64,000 nucleotides of DNA from Octopus vulgaris. Lineage: Eukaryota. The stretch spans positions 46,500,001 through 46,564,000 of the forward strand of contig OX597823.1 of the NCBI GenBank assembly GCA_951406725.2, in the 5' to 3' direction. Positions 1 to 12,723 of the stretch are shown here, piece after piece. A program made the position numbers and the translations under genes. Numbering within the stretch: the first letter of the stretch is position 1; the number at the start of each line of letters is the position of its first letter. The notes beneath the pieces were generated by a model, which saw nothing but the letters and a program-made list of their open reading frames with translations, did not search any database and had not been told where the DNA came from.

Positions 1-317
1 CATCACATGGAAAAATAATCTGGCTGAAAGTATTCTAACGAACACAGAGAATACAAAATTGGACATGGAGGAACTTGAACATAGATATATTAATGTATAA
101 AGTTCGGTGTTCTCAATTTTGTACTCACATAATGTTTATGTTAACTGAACAGGAACAAAATTTCATATATCGAAATGAAAGGAAAATTACATAATGCAGC
201 CAGCACTAAGCATATTTATAAAATCAGAGATTCAGTTTGCAAGACTTCACTTTTCGATCCTTCCCGAATGTTTTTGCTCGTACGTTTCCTTGTGAATCTT
301 CAAGACACAACTCAACG

Positions 318-457
318 GGTACTTAATTTATCAACCCCGAAAGAATGAAAGGCAAAGTCGACCTCGGTGGAATTTGAACCCAGAACGTAGCGGCAGACAA
401 AATACCGATAAATATTTCGCCCGGAGTGCTAACGATTCTACCAGCTGGCCGCCTTTA
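318..457 (-). mobile_element. SINE family A (tRNA-like head plus conserved central domain), partial copy
   Basis: Minus strand matches the window consensus GGCGGCGAGCTGGCAGAAACGTTAGC...GAGTTCAAATTCC (B box)...GTCGACTTTGCCTTTCATCCTTTCGGGGTCGATAAATTAAGTACCAG. About 20 copies occur in the window, including ~5755-5935, 7015-7092, 7390-7725, 10720-10925, 27400-27612, 43530-43897, 46665-46865, 48113-48325 and 49020-49230. Confidence 0.85.
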
Positions 458-531
458 AGGATAATAATAATAATAATAATAATAGTAATAATAATGACAA
501 TAAAAATAATAATAATGACAATAACAATAAA

Positions 532-581
<50 letters not shown>

Positions 582-582
<1 letters not shown>

Positions 583-1337
583 CTCTGTCTGTCTTTGTGC
601 GCTTATGACTCGAGTATTATTCATCCGATCGCGCTGAAATTTTAAACATGGATACATGAGAGAGTGGGGCGTTCCGTAATCTAAAAAGGTTTTCAAAATT
701 GTCAGGTTCAAAGTGACAATCGCTAGTTTTGTAATCGTTTTGTCCTATTTCTTCCGCCATGCTGTTCATTAAAAGCGACGAGTTGCTCAGACAGCCGGCA
801 CATACTCTTTCGCTGGCAAACAAATGGAGTACAGGATGACAGTCAGCCAAACTGTCGCTATGCTGCCTCTCTTCTTTTCTCTCTCTCTCACTCTCTCTCT
901 CTCTCTCTGCCCCCTCTCTCTATACGATTATCTAACTGAAAGCAATAGTCGTCAAATGCAAAAGACCAAAGAACTGTTAATACATATATACATACATAAG
1001 ACAGTAGGGTGTTTTGAGGTAGATTTGGCTGCTATTTCTACCAGGTGTAGCTACTATGTAGAGGTCTCCCTCATTGGTTCACACATACATACATATATAG
1101 CTACATAAGACAGTAAGATGTGATTTGAGGGAGATTTGAGGGATATTTGGATACATGAGAGATCGGGGCTGTTCCGTAATCTAAAAAGATCCTCAAAATT
1201 GTCAGTTTCCAAGTGAGAATCGCTATTTTTGTAATCCTTCTGGCCTGTCTATCGGATGATTAAAGCTTCCATAACACCATCCAAGTTAACCCTCTTCACC
1301 TTTACAAACAGTCCAATGGACGGGGGTCGTTTGCTAG
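582..1337 (+). mobile_element. probable non-autonomous Helitron
   Basis: TGTCTGTC and CCGATCGCGCTGAAATTTT motifs near the 5' end resemble the Helitron at 52997. The 3' end is a GC-rich stretch followed by CTAG then T at 1334-1338. Internal ~95-bp duplication at 648-740 and 1148-1245. The 5' TC terminus is obscured by (AAT)n. Confidence 0.5.
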
Positions 1338-1702
1338 TAATAATACTACGGTCTCTCGTATTTTGTACTATCTACGCTGTATTCTGAACTCTCCACCGTT
1401 CGATTTTCCTTTTCTCTTTTTAACAGAAAGTAAACGAGATTACCTGTCTCGTTCGTTAACAGGAGGTAAACGAGATTACCTGTCCCTTCCCTTGCTCACT
1501 TCCTGTATGTATGTATATATATATATATATATATATACATACCTACGTCATTTCAATTCTGCCAAAAAGATTTATATATCTCATATCTCAAACGCTTATC
1601 TCTCCTCATACAGAAAACATTGTAAGTTCTCTTTCTTCATTATAATTTCTTGTTATTTGCACTGATTATAGATATACATAACACAATAAACAAACAAAAT
1701 GT

Positions 1703-1856
1703 TAACATTATTTACATTATTTACATTTGACAGATATTTGTCCTCATTTTGTTTGTTGTTAACACGTTTCCTCTGATATAGCCTCCAGGCTTCATCAGGT
1801 GTCTTGGGGGAAATTTTGAACCCGGGTTCTTATTCCTAAGGTATTTTTCGATGTTG

Positions 1857-1929
<73 letters not shown>

Positions 1930-2066
1930 TCGGATCATGCCCGTGGGCATGTGGCGTAGTGGTTAAGAATGCGGGCTACTAACCCCAAGATTCCGAGTTC
2001 GATTCCAGGCAGTGACCGGAATAATAATAATAATAATGATAATAATAATAATAATAATAATAATAA
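1703..2066. mobile_element. hammerhead-bearing tRNA-SINE (family H): minus-strand tail plus plus-strand tRNA head, head-to-head
   Basis: Minus-strand tail 1703-1856 carries a degenerate HHR at 1761-1803, followed by (TAT)n. ATGCCC-GT-GGGCAT palindrome at 1937-1950. The plus-strand head has A box TGGCGTAGTGG (1952-1962) and B box GAGTTCGATTCC (1995-2006), then (AAT)n. Confidence 0.8.
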
Positions 2067-2069
2067 AAT

Positions 2070-2500
2070 GCTGCTATTTAGTTGGTAAGTAAACTTCTTA
2101 CTATACAGTGATGCCCGCGCATATGTGCTGCAACTAAGGAAACCCCATTGTAAGCTTTGATACCAGCACATGTGAAAAATACTGCGATTTTTTTTTCACA
2201 TTCTCGACTCTCTTCATCTCTTTCCGGATATTGACCATGTAAGGTTGTATTCTTTTTTTCATAACATCATTTTAGCTTGATATTCTGTAGCCACTTTGGT
2301 AACTTAAGAGACTTTAAACAGTCTATTGAATGAATTAATATCAACACCGAAATGAAGAGTGAAGAAACATGTTAGTATCTATAACTTGACAAAACAATAC
2401 ACTCTAACCAGTATCCTCATCTTCACATACAGTATTAAGCCTGAATGGCAACGTTATAATAAAGATGTTTCCCCAGGAAAATTGACAGCATAGATCCAGA
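2070..2500 (-). pseudogene. degraded R4/Dong-type LINE fragment
   Basis: Minus strand encodes LHGQYP and GF.VAA-like remnants of the post-RT region. Many stops and frameshifts. Confidence 0.4.
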
Positions 2501-3184
2501 AGTAAATGTTAAATACTGGTAAATCTCATATTTATGTAAATGCCAGATGCTGATCAATAAAAACATACATGAAGACGAGGGGAAGGTCGGGGGACGTTTG
2601 AACTAGGTGTCGATTGATTATCGGAAGACGCTTTTGTAGCAGTTTACAGGTAGATCAGTCAGAATGGAGCAGACATAGGATCAAAGACACTCCAGCCATG
2701 ATCATATCATCTTGTTTTCGTATCCATCGTGACATTGTTCAAAGTGTCTCTCTTATAAGGCAGAAGGGGGTTGATATGAAGGAGGACTAGGTGCTACGTC
2801 TAGCAAGTTGAATGACCACTATGAGATTTCCTCGTTAGCTCAGTGTTGGTGACACATGGATTCTGGAGATATTAACCATGGGAAAATTAAGAACATATAG
2901 AAAACCTAACCATGAATAAATGAAAGACAACTTTACAGATCCAAATAAAAGAGAAAATTGCGAAAACGAAATTGATCTTGATCATACAAACATTTTTTCG
3001 AAGGTTTTTATATATCCACTGCAAAGATTGATTTGAAGTCCGGTTGGAAAACTGAGCCAAGATGATCTTGTAGCGTGGAAAATAATAAAAACATGATATT
3101 TGTCCGAGCAAAACACAAACAGAAGGAAATTAGAGAAAAGACAGACAAATACTCAGCTATCAATAAATTAGAGAGAATATAACC

Positions 3185-3955
3185 TTTTCTACCCTAACCA
3201 CAAGGCCTGAAATTTTTGGCGAGGGGCCCAGTTGATTAGATTGACCCCAGTATGCAACTGGTACTTAATTCATCGACCATGAAAGCATGAAAGGCAAAGT
3301 CGACCTCGACGGAATTTTAACTCAGAACGTAAAGACAGACAAAATATCTATTTCTATTTCTTTACTACACACAAGGGGCTAAACACAGAGAGAACAAACA
3401 AGGACAGACAAACGGATTAAGTCAATTATATCGACCCCAGTGCGTAACTGGTACTTATTTAATCGACCCCGAAAGGATGAAAGGCAAAGTCGACCTCGGC
3501 GGAATTTGAACTCAGAACGTAAGGACAGACGAAATACCTATCTCTTTACTACCCACGAGGGGCTAACACAGAGAAGACAAACAAAGACAGACACACGGAT
3601 TAAGTCGATTATATCAACTCCGAAAGGATGAAAAGCAAAGTCGACCTCGGCGGAATTTCAACTCAGAACGTAGCGGCAGACGAAATACCGCTAAGCATTT
3701 CGCTCGGCGTGCTAACGTTTCTTATTTCTCTATTGCCCACAAGGGGCTAAACATAGAGGGGACAAACAAGGACAGACAAACGGATTAAGTCGATTATATC
3801 GACTCCAGTGCGTAACTGGTACTTATTTATTCGACCCCGAAAGGATGAAAGGCAAAGTCGACCTCGGCGGAATTTGAACTCAGAACGTAACGACAGACGA
3901 AATGCCGCTAAGCATTTCTCCCGGCGTGCTAACGTTTCTGCCAGCTCACCGCCTT
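3185..3955 (-). mobile_element. SINE family A concatemer (about 4-5 head-to-tail units)
   Basis: Repeated ~180-bp units joined mostly at GAAATA|GGTATTTCGTC (sense). One complete head at 3955 and a distinct terminal tail at 3185-3250. Confidence 0.9.
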
Positions 3956-4399
3956 GCGTGAATATAACGCCACACAAAAACTAAGAACATTTTAGGAAGA
4001 AATGTAGGCGCATAAGATTAATCTATAAAACTAGTTTAAATCCCCAAATAAAGTATTAGTTAAGTAGCTAACAGATACGTTCTTTTCTAGTAGTAAGAAT
4101 AAGTTATAGTTATAATATTCTTACATGCGACCAAGGGAATTAGTAAGAACAAATAGAAAAATCACATAAAATAATAACAGCAATTAGAATTCTCCACTCC
4201 AAGAATAAAGCATTCAGATTATTTTTACTATTAAGAGTGAACGTACTGCAAGATGATTATGAAGTTTTTATAGAGTGATTACAAAAATATTTAGCGAAGA
4301 AGACAAGGAAACTGATACAAGTTGCTACAGAATATATGAACAGAATTTAAGTAAAAATGACTTCCATCTTCATAGAAATAACAAATATAAAACAAATAT

Positions 4400-4968
4400 T
4401 AGTTTCTAATTTGGGCACATGGTTAGCGATTTTAGGGGAAGGGGTAATCCGATTACGTTGACCCCAGTACTCAACTGATATTATTTTATCGAACCCAAAA
4501 GGATGAAAGGTAAAGTCGATCCCGGCGGAATGGGAACTCAGGAAGTAAAAACGAACGAAATACCTATTTCTTTACTACCCACAAGGGGCTAAACACAGAG
4601 GGCACAAGCAAGGACAGACAAAGGGATTAAGTCGATTATATCGACCCCAGTGCTTAACTGGTACTTATTTAATCGACTCCGAAAGGATGAAAGGCAAAGT
4701 CAACCTCGGCGGAATTTGAACTCAGAACGTAGCGGCAGACGAAATACCTATTTCTTTACTACCCACAGAGAGGACAAACAAGGACAGGCAAACAGATTAA
4801 ATCGATTATATCGACCCAGTGCGTAACTGGTACTTATTTAATGGACTCCGAAAGGATGAAAGGCAAAGTCGACCTCGGTGGAATTTGAACTCAGAACGTA
4901 GAATTTGAACTCAGAATGCCGCTTAGCATTTCGCCCAGCGTTGCAAACAATTCTGCCAGCTCACCGAT
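4400..4968 (-). mobile_element. SINE family A trimer
   Basis: One head plus two re-entered units with the same junction and an alternative terminal tail. Confidence 0.88.
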
Positions 4969-5229
4969 TTAACAATAATAACAAATGTTGATCTCAAATT
5001 TTGGTACAAGGCCAGAAATTTCGGAGGAAGAGGATAAGTCGATTGCATTGACACCTGTGTTTAACTAGTACTTGTTCTATCGACTTTGAAAGGATGAAAG
5101 GCAAACATTGACATGCGTGGGGGTTAATAATTAAAACCGAAAGCAACCAAAACCTAATATGAAAGAAAAGCGTTTTTTATATGAGCAATTTTGAGTGAAG
5201 TGAGTAAAGAAGTAAAGAAATAAAACGTA

Positions 5230-5760
5230 GTACTGGTTAAGAAGTCCATTATTGACAACTGAGAACGAAGGGGTCTTGATTGCAATACAAGATCAAGATC
5301 TTTCCGCCAGAAACTACCTAAAATATATATGGAGAGCGAGCACTATCTGCAGAGTATGCAGAGATTGCGAAGAAAGAATTAATCACGGCATTTATGACTG
5401 ACCGGTTTCTATAAATTGACATGTCAAGCTTTGGGTGATACATGAACAGGAAGATATACTTGTGTTATTAAATATTCACAGGAAAATATGATAGAATCAT
5501 ATACAGCAGAACATCTTAGAGAATGACTACTAGACGTACTAGTTTTCATACGCAAAGAGATAAGGCGCCGTCATATCAATTTTACCGAATAAAGAAACGG
5601 TTAAAATTTAAATTACTAGAAGCAGAGACATTCAGAGGATGGGAATAGCAAACAGAATCAGTCCTTAAAATAATATACGACACATGAATGATGTATAGCG
5701 ATGTCTAGATAATAAAATCAAAACATTGTGATTTAGACAAAATACAGAGAATATAGATTT
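5230..5760 (+). pseudogene. degraded R4/Dong-type LINE fragment (CCHC knuckle / restriction-like endonuclease region)
   Basis: Translates WLRSPLLTTENEGVLIAIQDQDLSARNY...CRVCRDCEERINH, matching the EG.I.A.QDQ...CR.C...E...H signature. Confidence 0.65.
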
Positions 5761-6200
5761 CTAATTTTGACACAAAGCCAGTAGTTTTTGGGTAGGGACC
5801 ACATCTATTAAATTGACGCCACTGCTCAACTGGTACTTCTGCTCTGCGCGGAATTTGAACTCAGAATGCAGTGACAGACGAAATACCGCTAAGTATGCTG
5901 TCCGGCGTGCTAACGATTTTGCTAGCTAGTCGCTATAAATACGGAGAATATTACTCGTGTATACTTAACGTATTGCGTAAGGTTTTGTCAATATGACCGC
6001 ACACAGCAACAACCACCATGCTTTCTGCAATAAGTAAAAGGCCTGAAAGTTTGGGGAAAGGGGTAAGACGATATCATCGATCTCCAGCATTTCACGGGTT
6101 CTATATTTTATCGACACCGAACAATATCAGTCTGACTAAAATGTAAGTAACATATTGAAACATGAATTTCATTACAATATATTTCAACAATGCGGAAATT

Positions 6201-6850
6201 TTATTCCCCAAAGTAAGCACCATTACAATCAACATATTTTTGCCAACGAGTTACGAGTTTGTTTATTCCGGTAACATAAAGATCTGGAGTTCTGGAATTG
6301 ACGAACTCTTTGAACGCATTTTTAGCATCGGTTTGACTTTTGAACTCTTTCTCTCGCAGGAAACCGTCATGGTGCTTGAAAAATGGCATAGTCGGTAGGA
6401 GAAAGGTTTGGGGAATAAGTTGGGTGAGGAAAAACTTCGTAGCCAAATCCCCTCAACTTCTGGAACGTCATTAGTGAAATGTGTGGTCGAACATTGTCAT
6501 GAAGAATGATTGATCCTCTTCTGTTGAGCAGTCTGGGGCGGAGGAGTTGTATTTTTCGTTCATTTTGGCAATTTCACGGCAATATGTTCCTGCAGTAATG
6601 GCTTTTCCGGGTTTTAAGAAGTAATAGTGGATGAGTCTAGCAGTACACCACCAAACAGTCACCATAACCTTCTTTTTGAAGAGCTCGGGTTTAGGAAAGG
6701 TTTTCGGTGCTTCATTTTGGTCTAAGCACCACGAAGAACGTTTTATATTATTGTACAGAATCCACTTTTCATCGCAAGTTAGAATACGGTCGAGAGATGG
6801 ACAGATCTGGTTACGGAGAAGAAGCGACGAGCAAATGTTTCTCTTCAAAC
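6201..6850 (-). pseudogene. mariner (DD34D) transposase remnant
   Basis: CDEKWILYNN, KKKVMVTVWW, HDNVRPH (shifted frame) and KLVTRWQKYVDCNGAYF motifs. Frameshifted, N-terminus missing. Confidence 0.9.
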
Positions 6851-7094
6851 AAGGGTTACAGTGTTAACAGAACTGCTGTAAGGGTGTAAAAAACGAGTAT
6901 CTCAAGACACAACAATTAATAACAAATATTATTCCAATTCAACAATCCTTCGCTAACCTCTCTAACAACGCATAAACAACATTCACGAACAAGTCGGTCA
7001 GGATGATTGTAACAATTTCTTTATTACCCACAGACGAAATACTGCTAAGCATTTCGCCCGGCGTGCTAAAATTTCTGCCAGCTCGACGCCTTTA

Positions 7095-7124
7095 ATGATG
7101 ATGATGATAATAATAATAATAATG

Positions 7125-7217
<93 letters not shown>

Positions 7218-7390
7218 AATAATAATTATTAATAATTAATAATAATAATAATTAATAATAATAATTAATAATAATAATAATTAATAATAATTAATAATAA
7301 TAATAATTAATAATAATAATTAATAATAATTAATAATAATAATAATTAATAATAATGATAATTAATAATACTACTACTAATAATAATAAT
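7095..7390. repeat. (AAT)n/(ATT)n microsatellite with strand switches
   Basis: The AAT run flips to ATT at ~7165 and back at ~7215, then continues as (AAT)nT variants. Confidence 0.95.
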
Positions 7391-7773
7391 GGTTTCAAAT
7401 TTTGTTAGAAAGGTAGCCATTTTGGGGAAGGGGAGGGACTAGCCGATTGTAAGATAGACCCCCGAGAAGATGAAGAGCAAAGTCAACTTTGGGGTAATTT
7501 GAGCTCAGAATGTAGCGACGTGCGAAATGCCGCTAAGCATTTCGCCCGGTATGCTAACGATTCTGTCAGCTCACCGCTAAGTTGCACAGACAAAACGCTT
7601 AGCGTCATTTCGTCCTTGTTTTCCTTTCTGAGTTCAAATTCCACCGAGGTCGACTGTGCCTTTCATCCTCAAGGTCGATAAAATAAGTACCAGTCGAGTA
7701 CTGGGGACGATATTACTGACTTCCCCGAATTAGCACTTCTACTAAAATGAATGTATGTACGTGTGTGTGTGTG

Positions 7774-7811
<38 letters not shown>

Positions 7812-8114
7812 TCATACAGTAATACAATTGTATGTATGTATGTATACACACATACACAAAGATACATACATCAGGAGTGAATGAGATTCCTGGTCAAAGG
7901 TGAGTACAAAATGAAATTTAGTATTTTTCTAATTATGTTTTGATATAAATATAAAAACTAATTATCGATTAGATATTTGCAATTAACCATGTTAATTAAT
8001 TTACATTACGTTCGATAATATAAGAAAGAGTAATTATTATTACATATATTTTGTCTTGAAATAAATATTTGATTTACTGCAAGTCACATCACTATTTTAT
8101 ATAACCTCAAGAAA

Positions 8115-8595
8115 AGGACGCAAACTTGTGCTTTACCTGGTAATGCGCTCATATTCAAGAAATATCAACTCAGCTAAATCTTAAGGTGTATTCAGACGAC
8201 TTTGCCCAGTACGGTCCAAATATTCCATCACCAAAGATGTGAAGTTCCATCTATACATGTCGATTGTAGTGCCTTCTGCTATCTATGCATGCGAGACGTG
8301 GAAAAGCACAACTGACATCGTCAACAAATTCGACGTTTTCCATAGGCGACGCATTCGTGTTATACTTGGAATATCGTAGAGCGACTACATCTCCAATGAA
8401 AAGATCATGCAGCGGTGAGCGATAGACAACCTATGTGACATCTTCGAAAACTGGTACAGTACTCCGTACTCTCCGCGAGAACTTACGGGAATTGCAAATG
8501 ACCTAAACTAATGCAAAAAACGGCTGCAGCAGATCACACTCGGTGGAAGTAACTCGTCGCCCAGTGTGCGTTTGGAACAAGAGGAACTAAGATTA
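8115..8595 (+). pseudogene. RTE-clade LINE 3' remnant
   Basis: LYMSIVVPSAIYACETWKST...NKFDVFHRRRIRVILGIS and a GGAACTAAG-type 3' end, typical of the RTE RT C-terminus. Confidence 0.7.
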
Positions 8596-8715
8596 TCTAT
8601 CAGAACAACCACGTAAATGTGGTAAACGACGTTACTGTTTAGTACTGTTAATATGTGTATCTTTCAAAGATTTTAAAACTAACCACCTTAGCTTGTTATA
8701 TATATATGTGTATGA

Positions 8716-8747
<32 letters not shown>

Positions 8748-8749
<2 letters not shown>

Positions 8750-8995
8750 CGGGAAGCTTTATGAAAATAGACAAAAGACGAAGGCAGGTGGAAAACAAAC
8801 GAACAATTGTATTAGTATGGCGCTCAGGAAATATAAATAAAACAAGTCTTTAACGTTTCGAGCCTACGCTCTTCAACAGAAAGATACACAGAGAGAAAAA
8901 AAACACAGAAAGAAGGAGAGAAAAAAATGCGTGCAGTAGCTAACGAATCAACATGGCGATCTGATTTCGGCCAGAGGTCAAAGATCAAACATGAG
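8748..8995 (-). mobile_element. short Penelope-like non-autonomous repeat with hammerhead, between (TA)n tracts
   Basis: Contains the HHR at 8847-8884. Shares TTCCTGAGCG downstream of the HHR and the GAGC/GCTC stem II with the repeat at 51208-51420. Confidence 0.6.
8847..8884 (-). ncRNA. minimal type I hammerhead ribozyme motif, A6U core variant
   Basis: UCUUU-CUGUUGA-A-GAGC(GUAG)GCUC-GAAAC-GUU^AAAGA: 5-bp stem I, 4-bp stem II, palindromic ACGU stem III. Confidence 0.75.
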
Positions 8996-9019
8996 ATATA
9001 TATATGTATAAATAATTTC

Positions 9020-9486
9020 CATAATTCTTATTACCCTAATATTATATATTATGTTTAAATGATTTTTGATAAATTTGTTCGAGGCTTTACCTGCATGAAA
9101 AGTTAGAATATACAAACAATGGGTTTAGATGCGGAATTGATCCCGTTGTGTGTATATTTAAAATCTAAAGGCTACCTACTGATGAAGACGGCCTCAGTAA
9201 ATCATTTTTTACTGAAATATGTCAGAAACCATGGTCTAGGAACTAAATTAGATGGTAAATGTTTTTAATTTTCATTCCCTTCGAGAATTTATCCCTAATT
9301 AGTGGTTTGAATTTTTAACTGTTCTTTCTAGCGCAAGGCTTTCCTATGATGGAAGCCTCTTAATGTGTTTTAATGTACACGATATCGTATATGAACAATA
9401 TATAGTCTACTGACTAAATTTTTTTGCGCTAGGCCACTGGTAATAAAACTTTCTATAATTCTTATTACCCTAATATTATTCATTAT
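9020..9486 (+). mobile_element. Penelope-like pseudo-LTR unit with terminal direct repeat
   Basis: ATAATTCTTATTACCCTAATATTAT occurs at both ends (~9023 and ~9455), with an internal HHR and flanking (TA)n. Confidence 0.65.
9175..9240 (+). ncRNA. type I hammerhead ribozyme motif, canonical core
   Basis: CCUA-CUGAUGA-A-GACG...UCAGUAAA/UUUACUGA...UGUC-A-GAA-ACCAUGGU-C^UAGG. Palindromic 8-nt stem III and GUC cleavage triplet. Confidence 0.8.
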
Positions 9487-12111
9487 ATATATATATATAT
9501 ATCACTACTACTTTTTAGTTTACTATTTGAATAACGCATCACCGGCGAAATTTCGAAGTTACTGTCGACATTTCTATGACCAATATCTGATTCTACCTAT
9601 GTACACACACACACACACACACACATGCACGCACAAGTAGACATACACGTATATGTATAGATGTTGTGTGCGTGTGCATGTATGCGTGTATATATGTGGG
9701 CTTGCACGCGTATGTGCGTTAGTGACAGATTGTGAATGTCGACTTAACTTCGAACAAAGCAAACTACGACAATTTAATGAGCAAAGTTGATCTACTTTAG
9801 ATGGACACTTCCACTAGACTTTCCAGCCATTTTATCCTCCATGGTCTTGTCATTTTTCTTTTTCCCTTTCTTTATTTCTTCTCTTGTTGGCCATTACAGA
9901 CTTAGGCCACCAGATCAAAGCATTTTCTTATTCGTTGGTGTATATAGGATGTATATATATATGTGTGTGAGTGTGTATGTAAGCACTGTATGTAAGTACT
10001 CACACTCTTTCTTCAGATAAAGAGACGGTGGCAAAGAGAATCTGTAAAAGTATGCCGATGTCCTCGTGTAAATGAATGTGAAGAAAAATATGATATATGC
10101 GGCACATCAAGATCAGAAATAATTGTATTATCATACAAACCATTATTCTTATTAACAGTAGGAAGGCAGTAAGCTACATTACGGCTGACCAAATATGTTG
10201 TGGCATTTAGTTAGGTCCTTTTACGTTTTGATTTCAAATGCCGCTAGATGGTATTAACTTCTATGCTTCGAGTAATTTACTTGGGTCTACTATTTCAACT
10301 TCACCTTCCTTAAAACCTTTGTCCTTGTGCCTAAATTAATAGTAACTATTAGCAGTTGGAAGCTGAGAGCATTTATAGTAAAAGCAGAATGATCCTAACA
10401 ATATCACAACAACGACAGCCTTTGAAATAGCAGTACATATAAAGCGGTATTTGTGACAGTAGTTTAGGGAAATAAAGCAGTGAAAGGCGTAGCATCGTAG
10501 GTAATGGAGTTCGTGTATAGTTTCAATATTTACATTGCATTATTGGTTAATGTCTTTTGTAAAATTTCTTATAGACATAGTCAGATAATGTATACAAAAT
10601 TTCCTTTGGGTTCCACAGCAGTGAGAAATTTAAAACGGCCTGACATAGCCACTACCCAACCCATCAAAAAAAGTCAACTCAAAAAATTATACAAAATTTC
10701 TGTTAATATTTAATGGCGTCAAGTCAGCGAGCTGGCAGAATTGTTAGCACACCGGAATAAATGCTTAGTAGCATTTCGTCCGTCTTTACGTTCTGAGTTC
10801 ATATTCCGCCGAGGTTGACCTTACCTTTCATCCTTTCAGAGTCGATAAAATTTAACACTGAGGTCCATGTAATCGATTTACTCCTTCCAACGTAATTGCT
10901 GGCCCTGTGCCAAAATTTGAAATCAATATTTAAATGGGTAATTTGGTACTGAACGTTTTCCTGAGAAAAATGTCAAATATTTGGAACGAAATATAAGTGT
11001 GCCATCGACCGCACAGGTAATCTGACTTACTACATATTGTGCATAATATTGTATAGAGAAAGACGACGGAGAAATAGCTCGTCACAATCCACGCAAATTT
11101 TGGAAAATGATTATTCCAGTAAGAAAAATAGAATATATACATAAAAGTAAATCTAACCCAATAATTTGTTTCTTAAAGACATTATTGTAATGTTAATACA
11201 CTAGATTTGTCCCATTTCCTTTCATTTTTGTTCTTGCTCTACGTACAAGTATTATACGGGTAATTCATTAATTTAATATCTACCAATATTCCATAATAAA
11301 TACGTAAAATTTTCAATCGTGTTTCCAGTTTTGATTGATGTTCTGTTTTTTAACTTATCTTAATGCTTCCAACTATTTTTTATACACATTATTTCATGTT
11401 TCTTACTGCACCTATACATGAAAATATGGCTGAACTTTAGCTTCCATGCGCTGCCGTTAGATATTGAAAACGAAATTCATAAAATATTCATTGACTAAGT
11501 CTATTGTTATAGCTTTTCATCTTAACTCACTTTTTATCTTTTTAATCTTTAACCTGTTGCAAAAAAAGAAAACAAGATTGATTCAGTTGTCGTTTCATCT
11601 ATCAATATTTTAATTTTGCTTACCTTTTAGTATTTGTATCCCTAAAGTATAAGGGTCCTTAGAAACTGCAGTCACACCTTTCGTTTCACTCACAAACCTC
11701 CTTTCTTCCGAAGTGTTTTATTAATTTGGGATAACTTTCAAGTTCATTCTTACTTACATTCATACGCAGTCACAGACACACATATACTTACAAAGATGTG
11801 ACATGTACTTTAGGTTAATTAAATGGAACGGATTTATAGTTTCATAGCTCATTATTGATGCACTAAACATTATAGCTTTAGTATTACTGAAGAGTTGAAT
11901 ATCTCTCAAGTTTCAAATATTTTAGAAGATATACGACTTTTTAGAATGTGCAAGCGCTTCGAGGATTTGGATTCCTACTTATAGAGACAGGTGACACAAC
12001 TAATTATTAGAGAGAAGCTGCATCGAGCAGCTTTGGTAAATCACAAGAAGAAGTCTAGTTGTCAGTAGTTTTGTCCGTGATATTTCCTGAATCTGTTGCA
12101 AAAATGTTTTC

Positions 12112-12159
<48 letters not shown>

Positions 12160-12309
12160 TATCTGTACATATCTTAGAGTTTTGGAAAACGTTGTTTTGT
12201 CTGAGGGAATTTGAATTGTAACTGATATTCTTTAAAATGCCATTTTCTTAAATTTTATATTCAATAAAACAGTTTCTGAGAAAAAATAACTATGGCATGC
12301 ATTATTTAA

Positions 12310-12723
12310 TTCTTTATTGCCCACAAGGGGCTAAACATAGAGGGGACAAACAAGGACAGACAAAGGGACTAAGTCGATTACGTCGAACCCAGTGCATAAA
12401 TGATACTTATTTAATCTACCCCGAAAGGATAAAAGGCAAAGTTAACCTCGGCGGAATTTGAACTCAGAACGTAGTGGCGGACGAAATACCTATTTCTTTA
12501 CTACCGACAAGGGGCTAAACACAGAGAGAACAAACAAGGACAGACAAACGGATTAAGACGATTATATCGGCCCCAGTGCGTAACTGGTACTTATTTAATG
12601 GACTCCGAAAGGATGAAAGGCAAAGTCGACCTCGGCGGAATTTGAACTCAGAACGTAACGGCAGACGAAATACCGCTAAGTATTTCGTCCGGCGTGCTAA
12701 CGATTCTACCAGCTCGCCGCCTT
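12310..12723 (-). mobile_element. SINE family A dimer
   Basis: Head plus one re-entered unit with the same GAAATA|GGTATTTC junction. Confidence 0.9.

Noticed and set aside
1421-1484. 28-bp direct repeat TAACAG(A/G)A(A/G)GTAAACGAGATTACCTGTC, two copies
   Set aside because: An ordinary short local tandem duplication with no further structure.
1945-2018. Possible tRNA gene
   Set aside because: A and B boxes are present, but there is no good acceptor stem or oligo-T terminator and the sequence runs into the (AAT)n linker. It is a SINE head, and the same applies to 20147, 30042 and 48597.
3185-4968. Regularly spaced repeats resembling a CRISPR array
   Set aside because: Whole ~180-bp units repeat with no unique spacers, the context is eukaryotic and there are no cas genes.
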